A DNA stretch of 36,647 nt, taken from the NCBI GenBank assembly GCA_020436955.1, contig JAGQWW010000001.1, forward strand, positions 1-36,647, written 5' to 3'. The notes below the pieces were generated by a model. The model was given only the letters and a program-made list of their open reading frames with translations. It searched no databases and had not been told where the DNA came from. The DNA is from Saprospiraceae bacterium (GTDB lineage: Bacteria; Bacteroidota; Bacteroidia; Chitinophagales; Saprospiraceae). The translations under genes and the position numbers were made by a program. Of this stretch, positions 1 through 7,902 are shown one piece after another. Each line of letters begins with the position of its first letter. The stretch's first letter is position 1.

Positions 1-75
1 TGGTGAAATTGGTAGACACGCTAGACTTAGGATCTAGTGCCGTGAGGCTTGGGGGTTCGAGTCCCTCCACCCGCA
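1..75 (+). tRNA. tRNA-Leu (anticodon UAG), 5' end truncated by the window edge
   Basis: Anticodon stem-loop CTAGA-CTTAGGA-TCTAG (21-37) gives anticodon TAG. A long variable arm (38-50) marks a class II tRNA. T-arm is GGGGG-TTCGAGT-CCCTC (51-67), acceptor 3' strand CACCCGC (68-74) plus discriminator A. CCA is not encoded. The D-loop AATTGGTAGAC is typical of tRNA-Leu. Confidence 0.85.
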
Positions 76-126
76 CTAAAAGGGAAAAATTCCCTACCAA
101 AATCGCCCCTATCGGGGGCTTCGAAA

Positions 127-155
127 AGCTCCTGATGAAGGAGCTATTTTTTTTT
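127..155 (+). terminator. Rho-independent terminator downstream of tRNA-Leu
   Basis: Perfect 7-bp stem AGCTCCT / AGGAGCT with loop GATGA, followed by a T9 run (147-155). Two smaller hairpins precede it: AGGGAA-AAA-TTCCCT at 81-95 and GCCCC-TATC-GGGGC at 105-118. Confidence 0.6.
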
Positions 156-189
156 AAACACTTTCCTTCAAGAATTAACCAACATAACT

Positions 190-1605
190 ATGTCAAACAT
201 CACAAAGGAGGATTTGGGCAAAGGGCATGTTAAGATCACTGTAGAAGTTAGTAAATCAGATTACGAGCCTAAATTCAAATCAGAATTAACAAAGCTTAGA
301 AATAAGGCACAAATCAAAGGATTTAGAAAAGGGAAAGTTCCTACCTCGTTTTTACAAAAAATGTATGGTAATAATGTTTTGTCCGAAGTATTCTACGATG
401 TAGTAGGGCAAAAATTAAACTCCTTCGTTGCAGAAGAAAAATTGGACCTGATTGGGTACCCTATTCCTGCAGAAGACCAGAGTCAAATTGAGTTGGATCC
501 TACCACACTAAAAGACTATACTATTCGCTACGAAATCGGGTATTTACCTGACTTTGAAATTAAAGGTGTTACCGGAGAAGAAAAAATGGACATCTACAAT
601 GTAGAGGTACCTCAAAAATGGGTAGACGAAGAAATAGACAGAATCAAAAAGGGATTTGGAGAGCGCCAGGAGGTGGAAGACCAAATCATGGATGGTGATG
701 TTTTTGTGCTTGCTGCCAAAGAAGTGGATGGCGATTATGAAAATGAATTTGAAGTATTTTTTAATTCATTGACAAAGGATGCTAAAGGTGAATTTGAAGG
801 CAAAAAACCTGGTTATAAGACTACGGTAAATGTTTTCAAATTGGAAGAGGGGATGAGTGAAGAGGCTGTAAGAAAATATTTGTTAGAACTTGGCGAAGAT
901 GATCCAAGAGAAGTTAATGAAAACTTCGAAGTTACAGTTAAGACGATCAAAAGGATCAAGCCTGCTGAGTTAAACCAGGAAGTATTGGACAAGGCTTTTG
1001 GAGAAGGCGTTGTTTCAAATGAAGATGAGGCAAGAGCTAAAATTCAGGAATTGATTGGTCAATCTTACGAAAGCTCAGTTGACTCACTTTTCTTCTCTCA
1101 GGCGATGGATTACCTAATGGAGCAAAACAACTTCGATGTTCCGGTAGAATTCATCAAAAAGTGGTTGAAATTTGACCGTAAGAATATCCACGAAGAAAAA
1201 TTGGACGATGCCGCTAGCAGCTATGCTAACACTATGCGCAGACGTACCCTTATCAAGAAGATCATAGAAAAGAAGGAAATAAAAATTACAGATGCTGAGA
1301 TTAAAGATAAAGTGAAGCAAAGTATTAGCAGAGCTTTATCCGGCCAGCCTGTTGGAGAAGAATTCCTTGATAACTTTGCGGACCAGGTGATGAAAGACGA
1401 AAAATATCGCCACATGGTTGAGGAATCAGCTGATGAAGCTGTTATCGACAAAATTACGCAAGCTTTGAAGGAAACCTGGGACCTAAACAAAATCCCAATG
1501 GAAGCTGAGGCTTTCAAACAGAAAGTAAACGAGATGAACGAAATTTACCGTGCTGAAGCCGGTAAATTGGATGAGTTGTCTGCAGGTACTGACGAAGAAG
1601 AATAA
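190..1605 (+). CDS. tig: Trigger factor (ribosome-associated chaperone)
   Basis: 471-aa ORF. The N-terminal ribosome-binding signature GFRKGKVP sits in IKGFRKGKVPTSFLQKMYG. Acidic C-terminus. Conserved tig-clpP-clpX synteny. Confidence 0.93.
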   Translation: MSNITKEDLGKGHVKITVEVSKSDYEPKFKSELTKLRNKAQIKGFRKGKVPTSFLQKMYGNNVLSEVFYDVVGQKLNSFVAEEKLDLIGYPIPAEDQSQIELDPTTLKDYTIRYEIGYLPDFEIKGVTGEEKMDIYNVEVPQKWVDEEIDRIKKGFGERQEVEDQIMDGDVFVLAAKEVDGDYENEFEVFFNSLTKDAKGEFEGKKPGYKTTVNVFKLEEGMSEEAVRKYLLELGEDDPREVNENFEVTVKTIKRIKPAELNQEVLDKAFGEGVVSNEDEARAKIQELIGQSYESSVDSLFFSQAMDYLMEQNNFDVPVEFIKKWLKFDRKNIHEEKLDDAASSYANTMRRRTLIKKIIEKKEIKITDAEIKDKVKQSISRALSGQPVGEEFLDNFADQVMKDEKYRHMVEESADEAVIDKITQALKETWDLNKIPMEAEAFKQKVNEMNEIYRAEAGKLDELSAGTDEEE

Positions 1606-1736
1606 TTTTAAATTAGCTTTTGGTCGGTAAAATTCTGGTTTAAACAGATTTTTTCTAGCAACTTAGAACCTGAATTCAATACAAACGTTCTTTTGAATAC
1701 TTTAGCAACGATTCCTTCATTAAATTGATAAATTCT

Positions 1737-2444
1737 ATGTTTCATAAAGATGAATTTCTAAAATACGCTACCAAGCATTTAGGCATGAGTAGCATGCATT
1801 TGGAGAAATATGTTGAAAAAACAACGCCCGGCTATCCAAACGTTTCCGGTTTTACTCCTTATGTAATTGAAGAAAGACCTATGCACGCCCAGGCTCTGGA
1901 TGTATTTTCCAGATTGATGATGGACAGAATTATTTTCCTGGGAGTTCCTATTGATAATTACGTAGCAAACGTTATCCAGGCGCAGATGCTTTTTATGGAT
2001 TCTGTTGACCCTAAGCGCGATATTCAAATGTATATCAACAGCCCGGGTGGATCTGTAACTGCAGGTTTGGGTATCTATGATACAATGCAGTATGTTTCTC
2101 CTGATGTAGCGACCATTTGTACCGGTATTGCTGCTTCTATGGGTGCTGTGCTTCTTGCTGCAGGTGTAGCTGGCAAGCGTACTTGTTTACACCATAGCCG
2201 TGTGATGATTCACCAGCCAATGGGTGGTATGCAAGGTCAGGTTTCTGATATGGAAATCACCTACAAATTGGTGAAAAGCATGCAAAAGCAATTGTATGAT
2301 ATACTGGCATACCATACTGGTCAGACTTATAAGACCATTGAAAAAGATTGTGATAGGGATAATTGGATGGAAGCACCAGAAGCAAAAGCTTATGGTTTGA
2401 TTGACGAAGTGTTGGAAAGAAATCCTAAGCAAAAAGAAAAATAA
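1737..2444 (+). CDS. clpP: ATP-dependent Clp protease proteolytic subunit
   Basis: ClpP core motifs present: DVFSRLMMDRIIFLG, YINSPGGSV, GIAASMGA (active-site Ser), MIHQP (His). The track ORF starts at a TTG at 1725; the first ATG at 1737 is the more likely start. Confidence 0.93.
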   Translation: MFHKDEFLKYATKHLGMSSMHLEKYVEKTTPGYPNVSGFTPYVIEERPMHAQALDVFSRLMMDRIIFLGVPIDNYVANVIQAQMLFMDSVDPKRDIQMYINSPGGSVTAGLGIYDTMQYVSPDVATICTGIAASMGAVLLAAGVAGKRTCLHHSRVMIHQPMGGMQGQVSDMEITYKLVKSMQKQLYDILAYHTGQTYKTIEKDCDRDNWMEAPEAKAYGLIDEVLERNPKQKEK

Positions 2445-2460
2445 ACATTCTCTTTATACC

Positions 2461-2510
2461 AACGAGGTCCAGAGATTACTTTCGTATCTTTGCACCTCGT
2501 TTTTATTTTA
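2461..2510 (+). terminator. Possible weak terminator or attenuator hairpin between clpP and clpX
   Basis: Perfect 8-bp stem AACGAGGT (2461-2468) / ACCTCGTT (2494-2501) with a 25-nt loop, followed by TTTTATTTTA. The loop contains the candidate clpX -7 box. Confidence 0.3.
2485..2492 (+). promoter_or_regulatory. Candidate Bacteroidota -7 promoter box for clpX
   Basis: TATCTTTG is an exact match to TAnnTTTG and lies 30 nt upstream of the clpX ATG. Confidence 0.35.
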
Positions 2511-2522
2511 AACCTTACCAAA

Positions 2523-3800
2523 ATGCTTCGGAACAGACAAAATTTCAGATGTTCCTTTTGTGGTCGCGACAAGTCAGAAACCCTACTGCTTATTGCAGGG
2601 ATGGATGGCCATATTTGCGAGACCTGTGTAGAGCATGCCATGGACATTCTTGATGAAGAGTTGTACCAGGGCAAACGCAAGGGTAAAGGGAAAGACGGTG
2701 AAAAAGAAGTAACTAAAGGAAAAACAGGCTTTGCTTTACCAAAGCACTTAACGCCTAAAAAGCTAAAAGAACATCTCGACCAATATGTAATCGGTCAGGA
2801 TGAGGCTAAAAAGTTCCTATCAGTAGCCGTTTACAACCACTACAAAAGACTAAATCAAAAGAAATCCGGTGATATTGAGATTGAAAAATCGAATATCTTG
2901 TTTGTAGGACATACCGGAACCGGGAAAACTCTCATGGCAAAAACCATTGCCAAATTGCTAAATGTACCTTTTGCTATTGTAGATGCTACTGTATTTACAG
3001 AAGCAGGTTATGTTGGAGAAGATGTTGAAAGTATGCTTAGCAGATTGTTGCAAGTGTGTGATTATGATCCGGAAGCTGCTCAAAGAGGAATAGTTTATAT
3101 CGACGAGATTGATAAGATTGCCCGTAAAAGCGACAATCCTTCCATTACAAGAGATGTATCTGGTGAGGGTGTTCAACAGGCCATGTTGAAAATGTTGGAA
3201 GGTACCGATGTAAACGTACCACCACAAGGAGGTAGAAAACATCCGGAGCAAAAACTGGTGAAGGTTAATACAGAAAATATCCTCTTTATCTGTGGAGGTG
3301 CATTTGATGGTATTGAGAAATTAATCGCCAAAAGAGTAAACACTCAGGTGATTGGGTTTAAAGATAAAAATGTCGAAGAAGTAGATAAAGACAACCTGTT
3401 ACAATACATCAGCCATCAGGATCTTAAGGCTTACGGCCTAATTCCGGAATTAGTGGGCCGTCTACCGGTGCTAACTTATTTGGAGCCACTCGACCTGGAC
3501 GCTTTGAAACAAATTCTAACTGAACCTAAAAACAGTCTCATCAAGCAATACACCAAGCTTTTTGAAATTGAAGGTATCCAATTGGAATTTGATACGGCAG
3601 CACTAGATTTCATTGCAGAAAAAGCATTGGAGTTTGGGTTGGGAGCAAGGGGTCTTCGCTCTATTTGTGAGGCTGTGATGACAGATGCTATGTATGAATT
3701 ACCTTCTCAGGAAGATATCACTACCTTCCAGGTTACATTGGAATATGTAAAAGAAAAATTAAGCCGCTCAAAGGTTACTACACAATTGAGAGCTGCATAA
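2523..3800 (+). CDS. clpX: ATP-dependent Clp protease ATP-binding subunit ClpX
   Basis: N-terminal C4 zinc-binding domain (CSFCG ... CETC), Walker A GHTGTGKT, Walker [10 protein letters not shown], and GLGARGLR near the C-terminus. The start is set at ATG 2523 ([14 protein letters not shown]) rather than the upstream track start at 2490. Confidence 0.95.
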   Translation: MLRNRQNFRCSFCGRDKSETLLLIAGMDGHICETCVEHAMDILDEELYQGKRKGKGKDGEKEVTKGKTGFALPKHLTPKKLKEHLDQYVIGQDEAKKFLSVAVYNHYKRLNQKKSGDIEIEKSNILFVGHTGTGKTLMAKTIAKLLNVPFAIVDATVFTEAGYVGEDVESMLSRLLQVCDYDPEAAQRGIVYIDEIDKIARKSDNPSITRDVSGEGVQQAMLKMLEGTDVNVPPQGGRKHPEQKLVKVNTENILFICGGAFDGIEKLIAKRVNTQVIGFKDKNVEEVDKDNLLQYISHQDLKAYGLIPELVGRLPVLTYLEPLDLDALKQILTEPKNSLIKQYTKLFEIEGIQLEFDTAALDFIAEKALEFGLGARGLRSICEAVMTDAMYELPSQEDITTFQVTLEYVKEKLSRSKVTTQLRAA

Positions 3801-3828
3801 GCTAAATAAGAAATATCACTTTTGAATA

Positions 3829-3856
3829 AGCTCTGCCATTTGGCAGGGCTTTTTTT
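3829..3856 (+). terminator. Rho-independent terminator after clpX
   Basis: Stem AGCTCTGCC / GGCAGGGCT (one G-T wobble), loop ATTT, then a T6 run. Confidence 0.7.
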
Positions 3857-3912
3857 ATGCATTCGTCGATGCAAATTACTATTTAATAGAAATTTCCTGT
3901 CTAAAGAAGGTA

Positions 3913-3950
3913 CTATGTATTGCATAGAACTATAAGTGATCTTATATTTG
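3913..3950 (+). promoter_or_regulatory. Candidate padR promoter and operator
   Basis: Inverted repeat CTATG-TATTG-CATAG at 3913-3927. TATATTTG at 3943-3950 is an exact TAnnTTTG match and ends only 4 nt before the padR ATG at 3955, which implies a leaderless or near-leaderless mRNA. Confidence 0.35.
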
Positions 3951-3954
3951 CCCC

Positions 3955-4311
3955 ATGACAACAAAATTTTCAGAAAAATTGGAAAATACAAAAGCTCAAA
4001 TGCGCAAGGGCATTTTAGAGTTGTGTATCCTCTCCATTATCGCTGAAGAAGAAGTTTATCCTTCAGATATAATCCAAAAATTAAAGGATTATGAATTGAT
4101 AGTGGTGGAGGGGACTTTATATCCATTACTCACCCGACTTAAAAATGCCGGACTCCTTACCTATAATTGGAAAGAGTCTACTTCCGGACCACCTCGGAAA
4201 TATTTCAGCTTAACCGAAGACGGTCAGGAATTTTTAAAATCATTACTGGGAACCTGGGAAAACCTGGTTTCCGCTGTTAGCCAATCCACTCAAAATTTTA
4301 ACTCGAAATGA
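3955..4311 (+). CDS. PadR family transcriptional regulator
   Basis: 118 aa. Winged-helix PadR signature: YPSDIIQKL ... GTLYPLLTRLKNAGLL ... GPPRKYFSLTEDGQEFL. Its stop overlaps the next gene's start (ATGA). Confidence 0.9.
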   Translation: MTTKFSEKLENTKAQMRKGILELCILSIIAEEEVYPSDIIQKLKDYELIVVEGTLYPLLTRLKNAGLLTYNWKESTSGPPRKYFSLTEDGQEFLKSLLGTWENLVSAVSQSTQNFNSK

Positions 4312-5078
4312 ATAAAGTATTCAACATTAACCTTGGAGGCCAAGCATTTACCATCGACGAGGAAGCATTTTTCCACCTCGAAAAGTATCTGAAAGCCATC
4401 GACAATCACTTTAGAGACTCAGAAGGTCATGAAGAGATTGTATCTGACATCGAGACCAGGTTGGCTGAACTTTTTCAGGAAAACCTGGGAGGAAGACCTA
4501 TTGTTACCCTAAAAGATGTAAAAAGGACCATCTCTATTATGGGAACGCCCGAAGAATTCGGTGCTGAACCATTAGATGAACCCCTTTCAGAACCAAAATC
4601 CAATACACATTCCCGCAAACAAACGAACCAAACGGGAAAGAGCTGGAAAACCGGCAAACGTCTGTTTAGAAACCCGGAAGACGAAGTTGTTGCCGGTGTT
4701 TGTTCCGGAATTGCAGCATATTTTGGTATTACTGACCCACTTTGGATCAGACTGGGATTCGTAGCACTCACATTAATGGGCTTTGGAACGGCCATCCCAT
4801 TATACATAATACTTTGGGCGGTTTTACCAAAAGCTGAAACAGCCAGTGATAGATTGTCAATGAGAGGAGAAACTATAAACGTATCCAACATTGGCAGGAT
4901 CATCGAAGAGGAAATGGATCATATTAGCACCAAAATTGAAGATTGGGGAGAAGATGTTGAACGTTGGGGTGATGACATGAACCAAAAATATGGCTCAAAA
5001 AAAAAAGTTTTGGCGAAAGAACCAGAAATGGTAGGTCAGCAATTGGCCGAACCGTTGCCAAGGGGTTATATATCTTAG
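4308..5078 (+). CDS. PspC domain-containing membrane protein, N-terminal part (apparently frame-interrupted)
   Basis: The N-terminus MNKVFNINLGGQAFTIDEEAFFHLEKYLKAI is typical of Bacteroidota PspC-family proteins. PspC domain: VAGVCSGIAAYFGITDPLWIRLGFVALTLMGFGTAIPLYIILWAVLP. The frame ends 70 nt after an A10 tract, while another frame stays open into the next ORF. Confidence 0.85.
   Translation: MNKVFNINLGGQAFTIDEEAFFHLEKYLKAIDNHFRDSEGHEEIVSDIETRLAELFQENLGGRPIVTLKDVKRTISIMGTPEEFGAEPLDEPLSEPKSNTHSRKQTNQTGKSWKTGKRLFRNPEDEVVAGVCSGIAAYFGITDPLWIRLGFVALTLMGFGTAIPLYIILWAVLPKAETASDRLSMRGETINVSNIGRIIEEEMDHISTKIEDWGEDVERWGDDMNQKYGSKKKVLAKEPEMVGQQLAEPLPRGYIS
4997..5006 (+). repeat. A10 homopolymer tract inside the PspC-family coding region
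   Basis: Ten consecutive A residues counted directly. This is the longest coding homopolymer I noticed, and it sits exactly where the reading frame changes. Confidence 0.95.
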
Positions 5079-5119
5079 GAGACGTCTTTCGCTTCTTTAT
5101 CGATGGCCTTCTAAATGTA

Positions 5120-6553
5120 ATGAGGCCCGTAGTCACAGTCATTGGGATTCTATTGATTATTGCTTTGACTGGATTTTGGCTGTTTGCTGCAGGTGCTATC
5201 TTATTTGGCTACCCAATTGCAAGTTTCATTTTACCATCAGCGCCCTTTTTGACATCTCTGGGGATTATTAACATCCTCCTGGTTATTGCGCTGCCCTTAT
5301 TATCGGTTGTATTCCTTATTCTTCGAGTTCTATATGGTTACCGCGTTTCAAAAAAATGGCATACCGGGCTTTGGATTGTAGGTACCCTAAATCTTGTAAG
5401 CTTGTTTGGCCTGGGCTCCTACATTTCAAATCAATTTAAAGTAGAGAAAGTAGTGGAGCAATCTTTCCAAACCGCACCGGTAACTACAGATACCCTTAAA
5501 ATTGAACTTGGAGATAACATAGCCAGTGACTTTTCCTTTTTTAATGATAATCCACGCATTGTTGATGGGAACCTTATTTATGAAAATGTATACATCAACA
5601 TCGAAAAGGCAACCGGATCAGCTTTTGAATTTGAAGAAGAAAGGAGTGCTCGGGGAGAAGGTAGTGCCGAAGCATTGAACCTGGCAAAAGAGTTTGGATT
5701 TGTCCATTCACTCTCCAATAATACGCTCGTATTGAACCCTTATGTCACTATTCCTGATGGATCAAAATGGAGAAATCAGCGAATGACCTTGACGATTAAA
5801 ATACCTGAAGGTAAATCAATCCAATTAGGTGACTATGTAAACAGTCATGTTCGAAACGTAGATTTTAATGAAAATGCTGACAGGCCTTGGATGGCGTCAG
5901 GCCAGGTATGGACCATGACAGCGAATGGACTTGAAATACCGGGCTATTTAGATGAAAATAAAACCTCTCTCGAAAAGAATTTCACTGATTTCCAGCAATT
6001 GTCTATCAAAGGTGAAATGAAAGTTCAGATAGAGCAAGGCGACAATTATGAGGTAGTATTAAAAGGTCCTAAACAGGGCAAAGAGGGAGTAGAGTTTCAA
6101 AAGTTGGACAAAACCTTAATTGTTGAAAATACAGGATATAGAATGGGAACGCCGCTAAGGCTTTACATCACTTGTCCTGACCTGGAATGGATTGAATTGG
6201 AAAATACAGATGATGTAAAAATATCAGGTTTTGAGTCTGAAAAACTGAAAATGGATGTTGATAGTCGATTTGAGCTAAAAACCTACAATTTAAAGGTGAA
6301 AGACCTATCCGTTCATTTAAAAGACAGAGTAAAAGCAGACTTTAAAGGAAGTGCGGAAAACTTCGAGCTGGAATTAGAAGATAACAGCAAATTCAATAGT
6401 GAATTCTTTACAGTTAAAAACGCAATTATTAACGCGAAAGGTAATAATCTGCCTATTCGATTAACGGTAACAGAGACACTACAACCGTTGGGTAATGAAA
6501 TTGACCGATGGGATATCAGCGGAGAACCGGCCCTCCCAAAAGAAGAACAATAA
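5120..6553 (+). CDS. C-terminal part of the PspC-family envelope protein (multi-TM region plus repetitive beta-rich, DUF2807/GIN-like domain)
   Basis: 477-aa ORF. It has N-terminal hydrophobic helices and a C-terminal domain with repeated beta-strand-like segments (KVQIEQGDNYEVVLKG ... VKISGFESEKLKMDV ... FKGSAENFELELED). Its frame is open upstream back to the A10 tract. Confidence 0.7.
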   Translation: MRPVVTVIGILLIIALTGFWLFAAGAILFGYPIASFILPSAPFLTSLGIINILLVIALPLLSVVFLILRVLYGYRVSKKWHTGLWIVGTLNLVSLFGLGSYISNQFKVEKVVEQSFQTAPVTTDTLKIELGDNIASDFSFFNDNPRIVDGNLIYENVYINIEKATGSAFEFEEERSARGEGSAEALNLAKEFGFVHSLSNNTLVLNPYVTIPDGSKWRNQRMTLTIKIPEGKSIQLGDYVNSHVRNVDFNENADRPWMASGQVWTMTANGLEIPGYLDENKTSLEKNFTDFQQLSIKGEMKVQIEQGDNYEVVLKGPKQGKEGVEFQKLDKTLIVENTGYRMGTPLRLYITCPDLEWIELENTDDVKISGFESEKLKMDVDSRFELKTYNLKVKDLSVHLKDRVKADFKGSAENFELELEDNSKFNSEFFTVKNAIINAKGNNLPIRLTVTETLQPLGNEIDRWDISGEPALPKEEQ

Positions 6554-6577
6554 AATTCACCCGAAATCACCCGAATA

Positions 6578-6606
6578 GGGCCCTGTCATTTGACGGGGCC
6601 TTTTTT
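6578..6606 (+). terminator. Rho-independent terminator after the PadR-PspC unit
   Basis: Stem GGGCCCTGTC / GACGGGGCC (one wobble), loop ATTT, then a T6 run. Confidence 0.75.
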
Positions 6607-6653
6607 ATTGGCCGTCATATGACTTAAAACAAGCATCTTTAGGTAATTACCTG

Positions 6654-6661
6654 TATTTTTG
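6654..6661 (+). promoter_or_regulatory. Candidate -7 promoter box
   Basis: TATTTTTG is an exact TAnnTTTG match and ends 17 nt before the ATG at 6679. Confidence 0.35.
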
Positions 6662-6678
6662 AAGATAAATCCCATTCT

Positions 6679-7902
6679 ATGAAAACTTACAAAACATACT
6701 GTATGCCTTTATTGGCCTTTTTTATTCTTTCCATTTTCCCATATAATTTTGGTTATTCTCAATCTGTTATTTTTTGTGGTGGAGAACTGGATGAAGCTCC
6801 ATGTACAGGAGAAGTTGATTTGGTTCCGGAAGAAGATCCCAATTGTTCCATTGAAAGCCTATCCTGGATATTGGACTTAAATGCAGATACTTTTCAAAAT
6901 GTGGATGAGGTAGGGGTGAATGCATTGCAAGGTAGGTTTCCCTTAGGTACGCATACCGTAAAATTTTTAATTAAAGGAACTTGTGGAGAAGAAAGAACGG
7001 TAGAGAAAACCTTTGAAGTGATTGATTGTACGCCTCCTGAAGTAACCTGCTATTTTGGTTTGTTCATTGATATACACTCCACACTAGGAACAGAAATTTG
7101 GGCAGAAGATTTTATCAATGAGTTCTTTGACAATTGTTCCGGGCAAAATTACGAGGCCAGAATGAATCTTGTAGAAGACAATAATGAAGATGGAACAATT
7201 GATAGTTTAGACTACCTTCAAGGTCCTCCAAAATTTGAAAATGCATTGCTCAAATGTAAAGATGTTGGAACAACCCGATTAGTACAACTCTGGGTCAGTG
7301 ATGTATCAAATGATACCATAAATAACTGGTCCAATTGCATTACTACCATAGGAGTACGTGACAACTTAAATTTTTGTGGCGAACAATTAATTCTTCAAGG
7401 CAGAGTAAGGAATTACTTCCAAAACCCACTTGCTAACGTTTCCATTTTAAATTATGGAACCGGTTTTTTTGCTGAAACTGATTCCCTTGGAAGATTTTAT
7501 TACGCTGATCCATTTTATGGATACAATTATTTCCTATCAGCTGAAAAGACATCCAGTGCACTCAACGGTGTAACTACATTTGATTTAGCACTAATAGGAA
7601 AATATATACTCGGCCAAAATACTTTATCTACTCCCTACCAACTTATTGCAGCAGATGTAAATCAATCCGGAACAATTACCACTTTGGATTTAATTCAAAT
7701 ACAAAAAATAATTTTGGGTCTCGAAGAAAACTTTCCCGGAGACTTAAACTGGATTTTTATTCCGGAAGAATACGAATTCCCTGACCCGAAAAATCCTTGG
7801 GAATATGAGACCGAAATCATCCGATATAACCTTTACAATCATCAATTTGCACTTAACTTCGTAGGAGTAAAACTTGGTGATGTTAATGGCAGTACTCAAT
7901 AA
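6679..7902 (+). CDS. Secreted protein with a Cys-rich HYR-like N-terminal region and a dockerin-like C-terminal repeat
   Basis: Signal peptide MKTYKTYCMPLLAFFILSIF. The segment GRFPLGTHTVKFLIKGTCGEERTVEKTFEVIDCTPPEVTC resembles a hyalin-repeat fold. The segments TTFDLALIGKYILG and DVNQSGTITTLDLIQIQKIILG resemble the two dockerin type I EF-hand-like segments. Confidence 0.55.
   Translation: MKTYKTYCMPLLAFFILSIFPYNFGYSQSVIFCGGELDEAPCTGEVDLVPEEDPNCSIESLSWILDLNADTFQNVDEVGVNALQGRFPLGTHTVKFLIKGTCGEERTVEKTFEVIDCTPPEVTCYFGLFIDIHSTLGTEIWAEDFINEFFDNCSGQNYEARMNLVEDNNEDGTIDSLDYLQGPPKFENALLKCKDVGTTRLVQLWVSDVSNDTINNWSNCITTIGVRDNLNFCGEQLILQGRVRNYFQNPLANVSILNYGTGFFAETDSLGRFYYADPFYGYNYFLSAEKTSSALNGVTTFDLALIGKYILGQNTLSTPYQLIAADVNQSGTITTLDLIQIQKIILGLEENFPGDLNWIFIPEEYEFPDPKNPWEYETEIIRYNLYNHQFALNFVGVKLGDVNGSTQ

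Noticed and set aside
3-233. Plus-strand 76-aa ORF at the left edge
   Set aside because: It is translated straight through the tRNA-Leu sequence and its terminator hairpin, starts at a GTG, and has no protein-like features. It is an artefact.
1114-1517. Minus-strand ORFs (68 and 98 aa) inside tig, and similar antisense ORFs inside clpP, clpX, xerD, the EI24-like gene, the histidine kinase, mlaF, mlaE, pepP, comM, nosZ, nosD and nosF
   Set aside because: All lie fully within strongly supported genes on the opposite strand. They have low-complexity or Cys/Phe/Ser-skewed compositions typical of antisense frames, and no promoter or terminator logic.
1725-1736. Long N-terminal extensions given by the ORF track at several genes (starts 1725, 2490, 9662, 11838, 18224, 23838, 26169, 26619, 26825, 28859, 29160, 34371, 35134)
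   Set aside because: Most that I checked begin at TTG. Several run through terminators, hairpins or promoter motifs, or precede obvious signal peptides or conserved N-termini. The internal ATG starts fit family N-termini better.
4576-4764. Alternative-frame 62-aa plus-strand ORF within the PspC-domain gene
   Set aside because: It overlaps the conserved PspC domain coding frame. It is not the frame that continues into ORF 5120-6553, so it is unrelated to the frameshift finding.
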